A stretch of 64,000 nucleotides of DNA, taken from assembly GCA_902558395.1 (NCBI GenBank), contig CACEDS010000005.1, forward strand, positions 1,770 through 65,769, read 5' to 3'. Below are positions 48,599-57,840 of this stretch, one piece after another; position 1 is the stretch's first letter; each line of letters begins with the position of its first letter. The position numbers were made by a program, and so were the translations under genes. The notes beneath the pieces are model-generated. The model worked only from the letters and a program-made list of their open reading frames with translations, did not search any database and was not told the origin of the DNA. Origin of the DNA: an uncultured SAR86 cluster bacterium. GTDB lineage: Bacteria > Pseudomonadota > Gammaproteobacteria > Magnimaribacterales > D2472.

Positions 48599-49548
48599 TG
48601 AAAAAATTATTATCTTTTTTTCTTTTAATTAGCTCTTTTAATCTTTTATCTCATGAATTTAATCCGGCTCATTTAATCATAGATCAGTCTAATAATAACC
48701 AAAGCTCTTATGATGCTACTTGGATGTATCCGGTTAAAAATATAGGAAAAAGAGCTGATGTTATCTTTCCAGATATATGCATTCCAACAGGCTCAGATCC
48801 ATTTGTGCAAGGGAAGTATATTATTGAAAAAATTTCACTTGAATGTAGTGAGCCTATTAAAGGCAGATTTATAGAGATTATTAATTTAAGTGTTTTAACC
48901 GATGCATTAGTTACTATAAATTTTAAAGAAGATACCTTTGAGGGGTTGGTTAATGTTCAAAGAAATAAATTAGAAATCCCATTAGTTGAACAATATTATC
49001 CAACAGCATATTTATATCTCGGAGTTGGTCATTTATTTGACGGACTTGATCATATTTTATTTATATTTGGTTTATTGTTTTGTATTAGCGGTCTAGTAAA
49101 TATTATTAAAACCATAACTGCATTTACAGTCGCTCACAGCATTACTTTAGGTCTTTCTGTCTTCGACCTCATTTATTTACCTCAAGGCACGGTAGAAGCT
49201 CTTATTGCGCTGACAATTGTATATTTAGCGTTAGAAATTAATGACAGTGATAAACAGCTTAAAACTCCCTGGGTAATGGCTTTTAGCTTTGGCTTACTTC
49301 ATGGTTTAGGTTTTGCAGGAGCATTAAGCGATATAGGGATTGCCAACGATCAAATGCTATTATCATTACTGTTTTTTAATATTGGTATTGAATTAGCCCA
49401 AATAGCACTTATCCCAATTCCTCTAATATTGATTTATGTTGCTTCAAAGATTAATTTTGAGAACTATCTGCAAATAACAGCAAGTTTATGTATAGGTGGA
49501 ATGGGTTTTTATTGGTTTATAGACCGTGTAATTGGTATCATTCTTTAA
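48598..49548 (+). CDS. HupE/UreJ family membrane protein with periplasmic N-domain
   Basis: Signal peptide then HE; LGVGHLFDGLDHILF, TAFTVAHSITL, FGLLHGLGFA, FNIGIELAQ. Confidence 0.88.
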   Translation: MKKLLSFFLLISSFNLLSHEFNPAHLIIDQSNNNQSSYDATWMYPVKNIGKRADVIFPDICIPTGSDPFVQGKYIIEKISLECSEPIKGRFIEIINLSVLTDALVTINFKEDTFEGLVNVQRNKLEIPLVEQYYPTAYLYLGVGHLFDGLDHILFIFGLLFCISGLVNIIKTITAFTVAHSITLGLSVFDLIYLPQGTVEALIALTIVYLALEINDSDKQLKTPWVMAFSFGLLHGLGFAGALSDIGIANDQMLLSLLFFNIGIELAQIALIPIPLILIYVASKINFENYLQITASLCIGGMGFYWFIDRVIGIIL

Positions 49549-49570
49549 TAATTTCTGAATAGTTAAGAAA

Positions 49571-50770
49571 ATGCTTAATTTTTCAAACACAAATGTTCTT
49601 CTTTGCGTTACTGGTGGTATAGCTGCATACAAGTCTGCAGAAATTATTCGCTTATTTAAAAAAGATGGAGCGGATGTAAGAGTTATAATGACAGAATCAG
49701 CAAAGGAGTTTATAACTCCCTTAACTCTTCAAGCTGTTTCTGGAAATGAGATACATGATTCGTTATTAGACGTTAAAGCTGAATCTGCAATGGGCCATAT
49801 AGAATTAGCTAAATGGGCAGATATTATTTTAATTGCTCCTTGCACGGCAGAATCTTTAGCGAAGATAACTCACGGTAGAGCAGACGATTTAATGGGATCT
49901 GTAATTCTAGCTTCTAATGCAACTTCGTACATAGCACCTGCAATGAATACAACTATGTGGCTCGATAAAAGTACCCAAGAAAATTTTCGAACGCTTGTAT
50001 CTAGAGGTATAAATTTTATTGGTCCAGATGAAGGAGAGCAAGCTTGTGGTGATGTAGGACCTGGAAGACTTGTTGAGCCTGAAAAGATAATTGAGTTAAT
50101 TAAGTCTGATTTACATAAAGGTCCTTTGTCTGGAAAAACTATAACTATTACTGCCGGCCCAACAAGAGAACAAATAGATCCAGTGAGATATATATCAAAT
50201 AATAGCTCAGGAAAAATGGGTTACGCTCTTGCAGAGGCAGCAAAGCTTCAAGGCGCAAATGTGAATCTTGTTAGCGGTCCTGTATCTTTAACAGCAAACA
50301 GAGGAATAAATTTATTTAAAATTAATTCTGCTGCTGAAATGCTTAATAAGGTTTTTGAATGTATGGAATCATCTGATATTTTCATATCTTGCGCAGCTGT
50401 TGCTGATTTCAAACCAGCTAATTATTCAGACACAAAAATTAAGAAAGAAGAGTCAGAAAATCTTGAAATTAATTTAGAAAAAAATCATGACATTTTGTCT
50501 GAGGTTTCTAAACGTCATAATTCAGCTTACATTGTTGGATTTGCTGCGGAAACTTCGAATGTAAATGATAATGCAAGCAAAAAATTAAATTCAAAAAATC
50601 TTAATATGATTATTTCTAATGACGTATCAGATAAAACTATAGGTTTTGATTCGGATGATAATGAGGTCCATGTTATTACAAAAAATGAAACTATTTTTCT
50701 TAAAAAAGATAAAAAAATTAAAATTGCTCGTGAAATATTAAATATAATCGCTCTAAATATTAAATCTTAA
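49571..50770 (+). CDS. coaBC: Phosphopantothenoylcysteine decarboxylase/ligase
   Basis: TGGIAAYK, MGHIELAKW, PAMN, TAGPTRE.IDPVRYISN.SSGKMG, GFAAET. Confidence 0.96.
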   Translation: MLNFSNTNVLLCVTGGIAAYKSAEIIRLFKKDGADVRVIMTESAKEFITPLTLQAVSGNEIHDSLLDVKAESAMGHIELAKWADIILIAPCTAESLAKITHGRADDLMGSVILASNATSYIAPAMNTTMWLDKSTQENFRTLVSRGINFIGPDEGEQACGDVGPGRLVEPEKIIELIKSDLHKGPLSGKTITITAGPTREQIDPVRYISNNSSGKMGYALAEAAKLQGANVNLVSGPVSLTANRGINLFKINSAAEMLNKVFECMESSDIFISCAAVADFKPANYSDTKIKKEESENLEINLEKNHDILSEVSKRHNSAYIVGFAAETSNVNDNASKKLNSKNLNMIISNDVSDKTIGFDSDDNEVHVITKNETIFLKKDKKIKIAREILNIIALNIKS

Positions 50771-50772
50771 CT

Positions 50773-51588
50773 ATGTCAGCTCAATCGGATAAAAAACAAA
50801 CTACGTTATCTTCATTAAAAAAGATGAAAGATCAGGGGGAAAAATTTACTTGCTTAACATCCTACGAATCGACACTAACGTCAAAAATATGTGATGCAGG
50901 AGTGGATGTTGTCCTTGTTGGTGATAGTCTTGGTATGGTTATTCAAGGCCATGACAGTACATTACCTGTAACAATGGATCAGCTGATTTATCACTTAGAA
51001 TGTGTGGTTAAAGGCAATAAAGGGGCTCATATAATGGCGGATATGCCGTTTATGAGTTATGCAACTGATGATATGGGTCTTGAGAATGCAAAAAGGCTCA
51101 TGCAAGCAGGAGCAAATTCAATAAAAATTGAAGGCGGAGAGTGGATTTCTAAAATGGCATCTATGCTAGCGGATAGAGGAATACCTGTATGTGCTCACAT
51201 GGGGCTAACACCTCAGGCTATAAATAGAATAGGTGGTAACTTTGTTCAAGGCAGAAACCCTGAAAAACATGAATTGATTATTAATGAAGCTAAATCTCTA
51301 GAAGAAGCTGGAGCTTCATTATTACTTCTTGAATGCGTACCAGATGGATTAACTAAATTAATCATGAATGAGATATCAATTCCTGTAATTGGTATTGGTG
51401 CCGGATCAGCAACTGATGGTCAGGTAATGGTTGTGCATGATTTGCTCGGTATTTCATGCTTAGATAAATTGCCAAAATTTGTTAAAAACTTTATGGAAGA
51501 CTCTAGTTCAATTCAAGAAGCTCTAGCTAATTATGTTAAAGAGGTAAAATCTGGAAATTTTCCTGCGAAAAAGCATACTTTTTATTAA
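50773..51588 (+). CDS. panB: 3-methyl-2-oxobutanoate hydroxymethyltransferase
   Basis: LVGDSLGM, ADMPFMSY, KIEGG, HMGLTPQ, IGIGAG. Confidence 0.96.
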   Translation: MSAQSDKKQTTLSSLKKMKDQGEKFTCLTSYESTLTSKICDAGVDVVLVGDSLGMVIQGHDSTLPVTMDQLIYHLECVVKGNKGAHIMADMPFMSYATDDMGLENAKRLMQAGANSIKIEGGEWISKMASMLADRGIPVCAHMGLTPQAINRIGGNFVQGRNPEKHELIINEAKSLEEAGASLLLLECVPDGLTKLIMNEISIPVIGIGAGSATDGQVMVVHDLLGISCLDKLPKFVKNFMEDSSSIQEALANYVKEVKSGNFPAKKHTFY

Positions 51589-51594
51589 GATATA

Positions 51595-52407
51595 TTGAAA
51601 ATTATAACCGAATATCAACAATTTAAAGAATTTAGAAGCACTATTGAATCAATTTCATTTGTCCCAACAATGGGAAATTTACATAAAGGTCATATGACAC
51701 TAATTGATAAGGCAAGATCCTATGATTCTCATGTGACTGCTTCAATATTTATTAACCCGCTTCAGTTTAACGACGCTAGCGATTTTAATAATTATCCTAA
51801 ATCTTTAGATGATGATATTGCTCTTTTATCTAAGCATGGTTGTGATTCTGTTTTTATTCCAGATTCTTCAATACTTGATAACATTAAAGAGATAAAAGCA
51901 CCTGATACAGCCTTATATCTCTGTGGAATGAATAGACCGGGCCACTTTGATGGGGTTTTAACTATTGTTAATAAATTATTTGAAATAACGAAACCTACTA
52001 GATCATTTTTTGGTAAGAAAGATTTTCAGCAATTAACTCTAATAAAGAATTTTGTTATCGAAAATAATCTACCTATAGAAATTATAAGTGTGGAGACTGT
52101 AAGAGAGCTAAATGGATTAGCAATGTCATCTAGAAACAATAGACTATCTGAATCTGATAGAAAAAAGGCCTCTAAACTTTATGAAACTCTTTCTTCAATC
52201 AAAGACAATTCAAGTAACTTGTCTAATGAAATCATTAAGAGCCATAAAGATGAGTTAACAAAAAAAGGTTTTGACGTTGATTATTTATCAGTTTGCGATC
52301 CGATAAGTTTAAAGGATCTCGAAGACTTTAATTCGAAGCCATTTTTGGTTGCTATTGCCGCATCTATTAGTGGAATTAGGCTCATCGATAATATATTAAT
52401 TGACTAG
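51595..52407 (+). CDS. panC: Pantoate-beta-alanine ligase
   Basis: PTMGNLHKGH, RPGHFDGV, FGKKDFQQ, MSSRN, RLIDN. Confidence 0.96.
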   Translation: MKIITEYQQFKEFRSTIESISFVPTMGNLHKGHMTLIDKARSYDSHVTASIFINPLQFNDASDFNNYPKSLDDDIALLSKHGCDSVFIPDSSILDNIKEIKAPDTALYLCGMNRPGHFDGVLTIVNKLFEITKPTRSFFGKKDFQQLTLIKNFVIENNLPIEIISVETVRELNGLAMSSRNNRLSESDRKKASKLYETLSSIKDNSSNLSNEIIKSHKDELTKKGFDVDYLSVCDPISLKDLEDFNSKPFLVAIAASISGIRLIDNILID

Positions 52408-52454
52408 CTATATCCTTTAAATATCCTAAATAATTACTTATACTTCGCATCGTT

Positions 52455-52844
52455 ATGTTAAAAACATTACTCAAATCAAAGCTACATCGTATCAACGTCA
52501 CTCAAGTTGAGCTTGACTATGAGGGCTCGTGTGCTGTTGACCAAGACTTTTTAGATGCTGCAGGGATGCAGGAATATGAGAGAGTAGATGTATACAATGT
52601 AACAAATGGCGAAAGATTTTCAACATATCTAATATTAGCTGAGCCAGGATCAAAGACTTTATCAGTTAATGGTGCGGCAGCTCACAAAGTATCCTTAAAT
52701 GATATTGTTATAATATGTACATATGGCGAATTTGATGAAGCTGAATCAGCTAAACATAAACCAACTCTTGTTTACTTCGATAAAGAAAATAATGTAACTG
52801 GAATTAAAAATTCAATTCCACAACAAAAACTTCATTCTGTCTAA
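52455..52844 (+). CDS. panD: Aspartate 1-decarboxylase
   Basis: KSKLHR, YEG-SC autocleavage site, NGERFSTY, NGAAAH. Confidence 0.96.
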   Translation: MLKTLLKSKLHRINVTQVELDYEGSCAVDQDFLDAAGMQEYERVDVYNVTNGERFSTYLILAEPGSKTLSVNGAAAHKVSLNDIVIICTYGEFDEAESAKHKPTLVYFDKENNVTGIKNSIPQQKLHSV

Positions 52845-53736
52845 AAAGTATTACATCGTTGCTGTATTATTTTTTTCATTAAACATATTTTCTGATACTA
52901 AATTAATTATTTTAGGTTCTGGTACACCTAACCCAGATCCTGAAAGATATGGTTCATCTTATGCAGTTGTAGTTAATGAGAGTGCTTATTTAGTTGATTT
53001 TGGTCCTGGAGTTATGAGAAGGGCATCTGCAATGTCACCATCATATGGCGGGCAATTTGAGCAAATGGAAATAGCTAATATTGAGCATGCATTTTTAACA
53101 CATATACATTCCGATCATTCTGGAGGTCTAGCTGATTTAGTTTTGTCTCCATGGGTCATGGGTAGAGACACAGAACTTAAGTTATTTGGTCCAAAGGGTT
53201 TGAAAGATATGGTCACAAAAATAACAGAAGCTTATCAACTGGATATCGACTATAGATTATATGGAACTCAGCCAGCAAACAAGAAAGGTTTCGTATCAAT
53301 AGTTAAAGAAGTAGAAGAAGGGGTTATTTTTAAAGACGCAAACGTAACTGTTACTGCTTTTTATAACAACCACGGTGATTTGAAAGAGAGTTTTGGCTAC
53401 CTTTTTGAAACAGAGGATAAAAAAATAGTTTTCTCTGGTGATACGGCAATTAGTGATAATCTAAAAAAATACTCTAAAGGTGTGGATATTCTTGTACACG
53501 AGGTTTACTCAAGTGAAGGATATAAATCAAAAACCGCTGATTGGAAGATATATCACAAAGCACATCACACCTCGTCTATAGATTTAGGAGTTCTTGCAAA
53601 AGAGCTTAATCCAAAAACTCTAGTTCCATCTCATATTTTATTTTGGGGAGCATCAGAGGATTCTGTTATAAAGGACATAAAATTAAACTTTACTGGAAAA
53701 GTAATATTAGCTGAAGACCTATTGGTTATTGAATAA
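52837..53736 (+). CDS. Secreted MBL-fold hydrolase (RNase Z/AtsA-like)
   Basis: Frame open upstream of the track start, encoding a signal peptide plus ILGSGTP and LVDFGPG; THIHSDH, SGDT, VHE, HT motifs. Probable CTG start overlapping the panD stop. Confidence 0.85.
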   Translation: MSKKYYIVAVLFFSLNIFSDTKLIILGSGTPNPDPERYGSSYAVVVNESAYLVDFGPGVMRRASAMSPSYGGQFEQMEIANIEHAFLTHIHSDHSGGLADLVLSPWVMGRDTELKLFGPKGLKDMVTKITEAYQLDIDYRLYGTQPANKKGFVSIVKEVEEGVIFKDANVTVTAFYNNHGDLKESFGYLFETEDKKIVFSGDTAISDNLKKYSKGVDILVHEVYSSEGYKSKTADWKIYHKAHHTSSIDLGVLAKELNPKTLVPSHILFWGASEDSVIKDIKLNFTGKVILAEDLLVIE

Positions 53737-53827
53737 CACTGGTTATCTTAATATGGCAGTGTGAAATAAACATTGACCATTGTGTATGTTGTCTGTACCC
53801 TTCGGCCAAAGCATTACAAAGGACTAA

Positions 53828-55051
53828 ATGAAATTTAATGATCTGAAGCTATCAGACCCAATTTTAAGATCATTAAAAGATCAAAATTACAAAAAACCAA
53901 CACCTATTCAAGCTGAAGTTATTCCAGCAGTTTTAAATAATAGTGACATTATGGCTGCTGCACAAACTGGAACTGGTAAAACTGCAGCATTTGTTTTACC
54001 AATACTCTCAAAATTATCCAATCCAAAATACAAATATAAAGGTCATCAGTTAAGAGCCTTAATAGTAACGCCTACTAGAGAGCTAGCAGCTCAAGTAAGA
54101 GAGAGTGTTAATACATACAGCAAATATTTAAGTATACGCTCAACTGCAGTTTATGGAGGTGCGAGAATACACAACCAAAGATTAAAGCTAAGAAAAGGTA
54201 TAGATGTCTTAGTAGCTACTCCAGGAAGATTGTTAGATTTACATAATCAAAAATCGGTGAATTTAAAGAATATTGAGATATTAGTGCTAGATGAAGCTGA
54301 TCAAATGTTAGATATGGGATTTATTCATGATATTAAAAAGATAGCCAATCTATTACCAGATAGACGACAAAATCTAATGTTCACTGCAACATTTTCAGAT
54401 TCATTTAGATCATTAGCTACGAACATGGCTGAGAAGGCTATTGAGATTTCTGTCACTAACGATAATGAAACGGGTGAGAATATTAATCACTACATTCACC
54501 CTGTTGATAAGTCTAGAAAAGCAGAATTATTAATCGAACTCATCAAGACTAAAAAATGGGATCAAGCTTTAGTCTTTACTAGAACTAAGCACGGCTCTGA
54601 CAGACTTCAAAAACAACTAGACAAGGTTAATATTAATTCAAAAGCCATTCATGGAAATAAGACGCAAAATAATAGAATGAAAGCTCTTGAAGCTTTTAAA
54701 AATAATAAAATTCAAATTCTGGTAGCAACAGATGTTGCAGCAAGAGGTATAGATATAAAAAGAATGTCACAAGTCATAAACTTTGATGTCCCAACTGTTG
54801 CCAAAGATTATGTTCATAGGATTGGAAGAACAGGCAGAGGAGGTGATATGGGTGAGGCAATTACGCTTGTTAGTGCAGATGAATTCCGTCTTTTAAGGGA
54901 TATTGAAAAACTTATAAATAATAAATTAGAAAGGGTAGAGATTGAAGGTTTTGAACCAGAGCACGTGGTTCCAATAAAAGATAAACCAAATAAGAAAAGA
55001 TTCCATAATAAAAAAGGATTTAAAAAAAGAAATAAATCTCGAAAGGGTTAA
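53828..55051 (+). CDS. rhlE: DEAD-box RNA helicase RhlE-like
   Basis: AQTGTGKT, PTRELA, DEAD, TAT in place of SAT, HRIGRTGR, basic tail. Confidence 0.9.
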   Translation: MKFNDLKLSDPILRSLKDQNYKKPTPIQAEVIPAVLNNSDIMAAAQTGTGKTAAFVLPILSKLSNPKYKYKGHQLRALIVTPTRELAAQVRESVNTYSKYLSIRSTAVYGGARIHNQRLKLRKGIDVLVATPGRLLDLHNQKSVNLKNIEILVLDEADQMLDMGFIHDIKKIANLLPDRRQNLMFTATFSDSFRSLATNMAEKAIEISVTNDNETGENINHYIHPVDKSRKAELLIELIKTKKWDQALVFTRTKHGSDRLQKQLDKVNINSKAIHGNKTQNNRMKALEAFKNNKIQILVATDVAARGIDIKRMSQVINFDVPTVAKDYVHRIGRTGRGGDMGEAITLVSADEFRLLRDIEKLINNKLERVEIEGFEPEHVVPIKDKPNKKRFHNKKGFKKRNKSRKG

Positions 55052-55055
55052 ATAA

Positions 55056-55132
55056 TGGCGCGCCCGGAGAGATTCGAACTCCCGACCCCTTGGTTCGTAG
55101 CCAAGTACTCTATCCAGCTGAGCTACGGGCGC
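55056..55132 (-). tRNA. tRNA-Arg(ACG)
   Basis: Reverse complement GCGCCCG...CTTGG-CTACGAA-CCAAG...GTTCGAATC...CGGGCGCGCCA. Confidence 0.97.
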
Positions 55133-55137
55133 TTTTA

Positions 55138-55308
55138 TTAAAGTTTGCGGGCCTCATCAGGAAGCATAACAGGAATACCGTCTTTTACAGGATAGGCTAA
55201 TCCAGATTCTTCAGAAATTAGTTCATTGGCCTCTTTATCATATTTAAGAGGTTTTTTTGAAACCGGACAAACAAGTATATCCAGTAATTTTTGATCTAAT
55301 ATGGTCAT
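55138..55308 (-). CDS. Trm112 family protein (YcaR-like), 56 aa
   Basis: Hand translation [21 protein letters not shown]...[20 protein letters not shown]; below the ORF-track length cutoff. Confidence 0.92.
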   Translation of the reverse strand: MTILDQKLLDILVCPVSKKPLKYDKEANELISEESGLAYPVKDGIPVMLPDEARKL

Positions 55309-55389
55309 AATTCTGAAGTATACATTAGGATTTATTTAGAATATATATATGCTATTGTAATCGCTTAAAAATATGCTTTTTAAATAATT

Positions 55390-56154
55390 ATGAACCATTT
55401 ATCAATACAAGCCTTAGATGAGTTTCCTATAATCAATCCTGGCGATAATTTGTGTTCAATTATCATAGATTCCATTAAAGGCAATGAAATTCTTATTGAT
55501 GATGGTGATGTTATATTGCTAGCTCAAAAAATTATTTCAAAATCAGAAAATAGATTTAAAAATTTATTAGAAATCAATCCTTCAGAGAAAGCTATAAAAT
55601 TAGGAAAGAGCCTAGGTAGAGATCCATCATTTATGCAACTTATCTTGGATGAATCTAATGAGATATTAAGTACTGAAAAAAATGTAATCATTGTTGAGCA
55701 CAAACTTGGGTACATAAACATTAATGCAGGCATTGATAAATCTAATATTTCAAAAAATAAAGATCTTGTTCTATTACTGCCAGAGAATCCAAAAAAAAGT
55801 GCAAATGACATTCAAACTCAAATCAGTTCAGAGTTAGATAAAGATATTAGTTTAATAATCACTGATTCGATGACTAGGCCATATAGGTCTGGAGTAACGA
55901 ATTTTGCAATTGCCAGTTCTAATATTCAGAGTCTTATAGATTTAAAAGGTGAAGAAGATATTTTTGGAAATACATTGCATGCTACAGAAATTGCCATTGC
56001 TGATGAATTAGCTGCTGCTGCCGGACTATTAATGGGTCAAGGCAATGATATGAAGCCTGTGGTGATAATTAAAGGTTTTGATAGATCAAATTATTCTGTT
56101 AATAATGCCTATGATTTAATAGTCAATAAAGACGAAGACTTGTATCGTTTCTAG
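55390..56154 (+). CDS. cofE: Coenzyme F420-0:L-glutamate ligase
   Basis: P.INPGDNL, AQKIISKSE, NAGIDKSN, LLPENP, ITDSMTRPYRSG, ADELAAAA.LLMGQ. Confidence 0.9.
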   Translation: MNHLSIQALDEFPIINPGDNLCSIIIDSIKGNEILIDDGDVILLAQKIISKSENRFKNLLEINPSEKAIKLGKSLGRDPSFMQLILDESNEILSTEKNVIIVEHKLGYININAGIDKSNISKNKDLVLLLPENPKKSANDIQTQISSELDKDISLIITDSMTRPYRSGVTNFAIASSNIQSLIDLKGEEDIFGNTLHATEIAIADELAAAAGLLMGQGNDMKPVVIIKGFDRSNYSVNNAYDLIVNKDEDLYRF

Positions 56155-56180
56155 TCCACTTAATAATTTATAATTAGAAT

Positions 56181-56945
56181 ATGAAATTCAGCTTAAATTT
56201 AAACAAGATTGCTTTATTAAGAAACGCTAGAGGAGAAAACAATCCTTCTTTAGAGGATTATGCTTATCAAGCAATTAATCTTGGTGTTGATGGTCTTACT
56301 TTGCATCCAAGGCCTGACCATAGACATGCAACAAGCGAAGATGTGATTTCATTAAATAAAATATGTAAAGAAAGAGATGTAGAGTTTAATATTGAAGGTA
56401 ATCCATTTTCTGAGCCTGCAGATTCTTTTCAGGGCTATGTAAATTTAGTTAATGTTTGTCGGCCAGATCAGGCAACTCTTGTTCCAGATCTACCAAATCA
56501 AATAACTTCAGATCATGGCTGGGAGAGTGGTGATCATGATGATGATTTAATTAATGTAATAAGCAATTTGAATGATCTTTGTAAAAATACATCGATCAGT
56601 TTGTTTGTAGATAATTTAAAAAATAATAATACAAATTTAGATGCTATAGATTATGCGCTTAGGGTTGGTGCCAATACTATTGAAATACATACTGGTGAAT
56701 TTTCAAAGTTAATCGATTTAAATGATTTAACTATTAATACTAAATTAGAAGAATTAATCTATACCGCAAAAGATAAAAATTTAATGGTTAATGCAGGACA
56801 TGATTTGAATTTAATTAATTTACCTCATTTAGTAAAAATAGGTGGTGTAAATGAGGTATCTATCGGTCATGCAATTGTAGTTGATGCCTTGAATTATGGC
56901 TTTGAAGACACTATAAAGAGGTATATAGAGGTTATTAAGGGATAA
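56181..56945 (+). CDS. pdxJ: Pyridoxine 5'-phosphate synthase
   Basis: NLNKIALLRNARG, TLHPRPD.RH, NIEG, TLVPD, NAGHDLN, EVSIGHA. Confidence 0.95.
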   Translation: MKFSLNLNKIALLRNARGENNPSLEDYAYQAINLGVDGLTLHPRPDHRHATSEDVISLNKICKERDVEFNIEGNPFSEPADSFQGYVNLVNVCRPDQATLVPDLPNQITSDHGWESGDHDDDLINVISNLNDLCKNTSISLFVDNLKNNNTNLDAIDYALRVGANTIEIHTGEFSKLIDLNDLTINTKLEELIYTAKDKNLMVNAGHDLNLINLPHLVKIGGVNEVSIGHAIVVDALNYGFEDTIKRYIEVIKG

Positions 56946-56947
56946 AC

Positions 56948-57262
56948 ATGACAATAGAAGAAAAATTAAAACAGCAAATTAAAGATAATGATATTTTAAT
57001 TTATATGAAGGGAACCCCTTATGAGCCTCAATGTGGTTTTTCTGCTCGTACAGTTCAAGCTTTAATAGAGTGTGATGCACAGTTTTCATACGTTGATGTA
57101 ATTGAAAACAATGATGTTAGAACTGCATTACCTTCTGTTTCAGATTGGCCAACTTTTCCTCAGGTATTTATAAAAGGTGAATTAATCGGTGGCGCTGACA
57201 TAGTAGCCCAAATGCACGCCTCTGGTGACTTGCTAAAAGCTATTCAAGAAGCAACCAGTTAG
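56948..57262 (+). CDS. grxD: Monothiol glutaredoxin Grx4
   Basis: MKGTP..PQCGFS, WPTFPQ, GGADI. Confidence 0.96.
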   Translation: MTIEEKLKQQIKDNDILIYMKGTPYEPQCGFSARTVQALIECDAQFSYVDVIENNDVRTALPSVSDWPTFPQVFIKGELIGGADIVAQMHASGDLLKAIQEATS

Positions 57263-57840
57263 CTGTATTTATTTATTATTTTACAAAATACTTTAGCAGT
57301 AACATCTGAATCGTATGCTGCTGAATGAGCTTCCTTTGAATCATAATCAATATCTAATAACTCACATATTCTAGCTAATACAGTTTGGTTGGTAGCAAGA
57401 GCACCAAGCGTTACGGTATCTAGAACTGAAAATGGATGAAAGGGTGATCTCTTGATACCGTTTCGTTCAATTGCAGCATTTAAAAACGAACTGTCGAAGT
57501 GAGCATTATGACCAACTAAAATTGCTCTTGAGCATTCATATTTATTTTTTGTTTGATTAATTATTTTAAATAGTTCTTTTAGGGCAACTTCTTCTTCTAC
57601 TGCATTTCTTAATGGGTGATCTAATTTAATTTTAGTAAATTCAAGAGATTCATCTTCAACTATTAGTCCTTGATAGGGTTGTATATGATATCTATGAGTC
57701 TCGCCCACAACCAATTGTTTATCTTCTTCTTCAATAAGAGTAATAGCAATTTCAAGGATGGCATTATTGAGAGGATCAAATCCACCAGTTTCAAGATCAA
57801 CAACAACTGGTAAATATTTTCTAAATCTATCTTTAAGCAT
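57259..57840 (-). CDS. rnt: Ribonuclease T
   Basis: RFRKYLPVVVDLETGGF, LVGHNAHFD, PFHPFS, AHSAAYD. Confidence 0.95.
   Translation of the reverse strand: MLKDRFRKYLPVVVDLETGGFDPLNNAILEIAITLIEEEDKQLVVGETHRYHIQPYQGLIVEDESLEFTKIKLDHPLRNAVEEEVALKELFKIINQTKNKYECSRAILVGHNAHFDSSFLNAAIERNGIKRSPFHPFSVLDTVTLGALATNQTVLARICELLDIDYDSKEAHSAAYDSDVTAKVFCKIINKYS

Noticed and set aside
53746-53772. ACACTG...CAGTGT hairpin in the rhlE leader as a cis-regulatory RNA or thermosensor
   Set aside because: Only a short stem; I cannot match it to a known motif or show conservation from one sequence.
41425-55132. The two similar tRNA-Arg genes as attL/attR of an integrated element
   Set aside because: Both are full-length with different anticodons, the interval holds core genes (coaBC, panBCD, rhlE), and there is no integrase.
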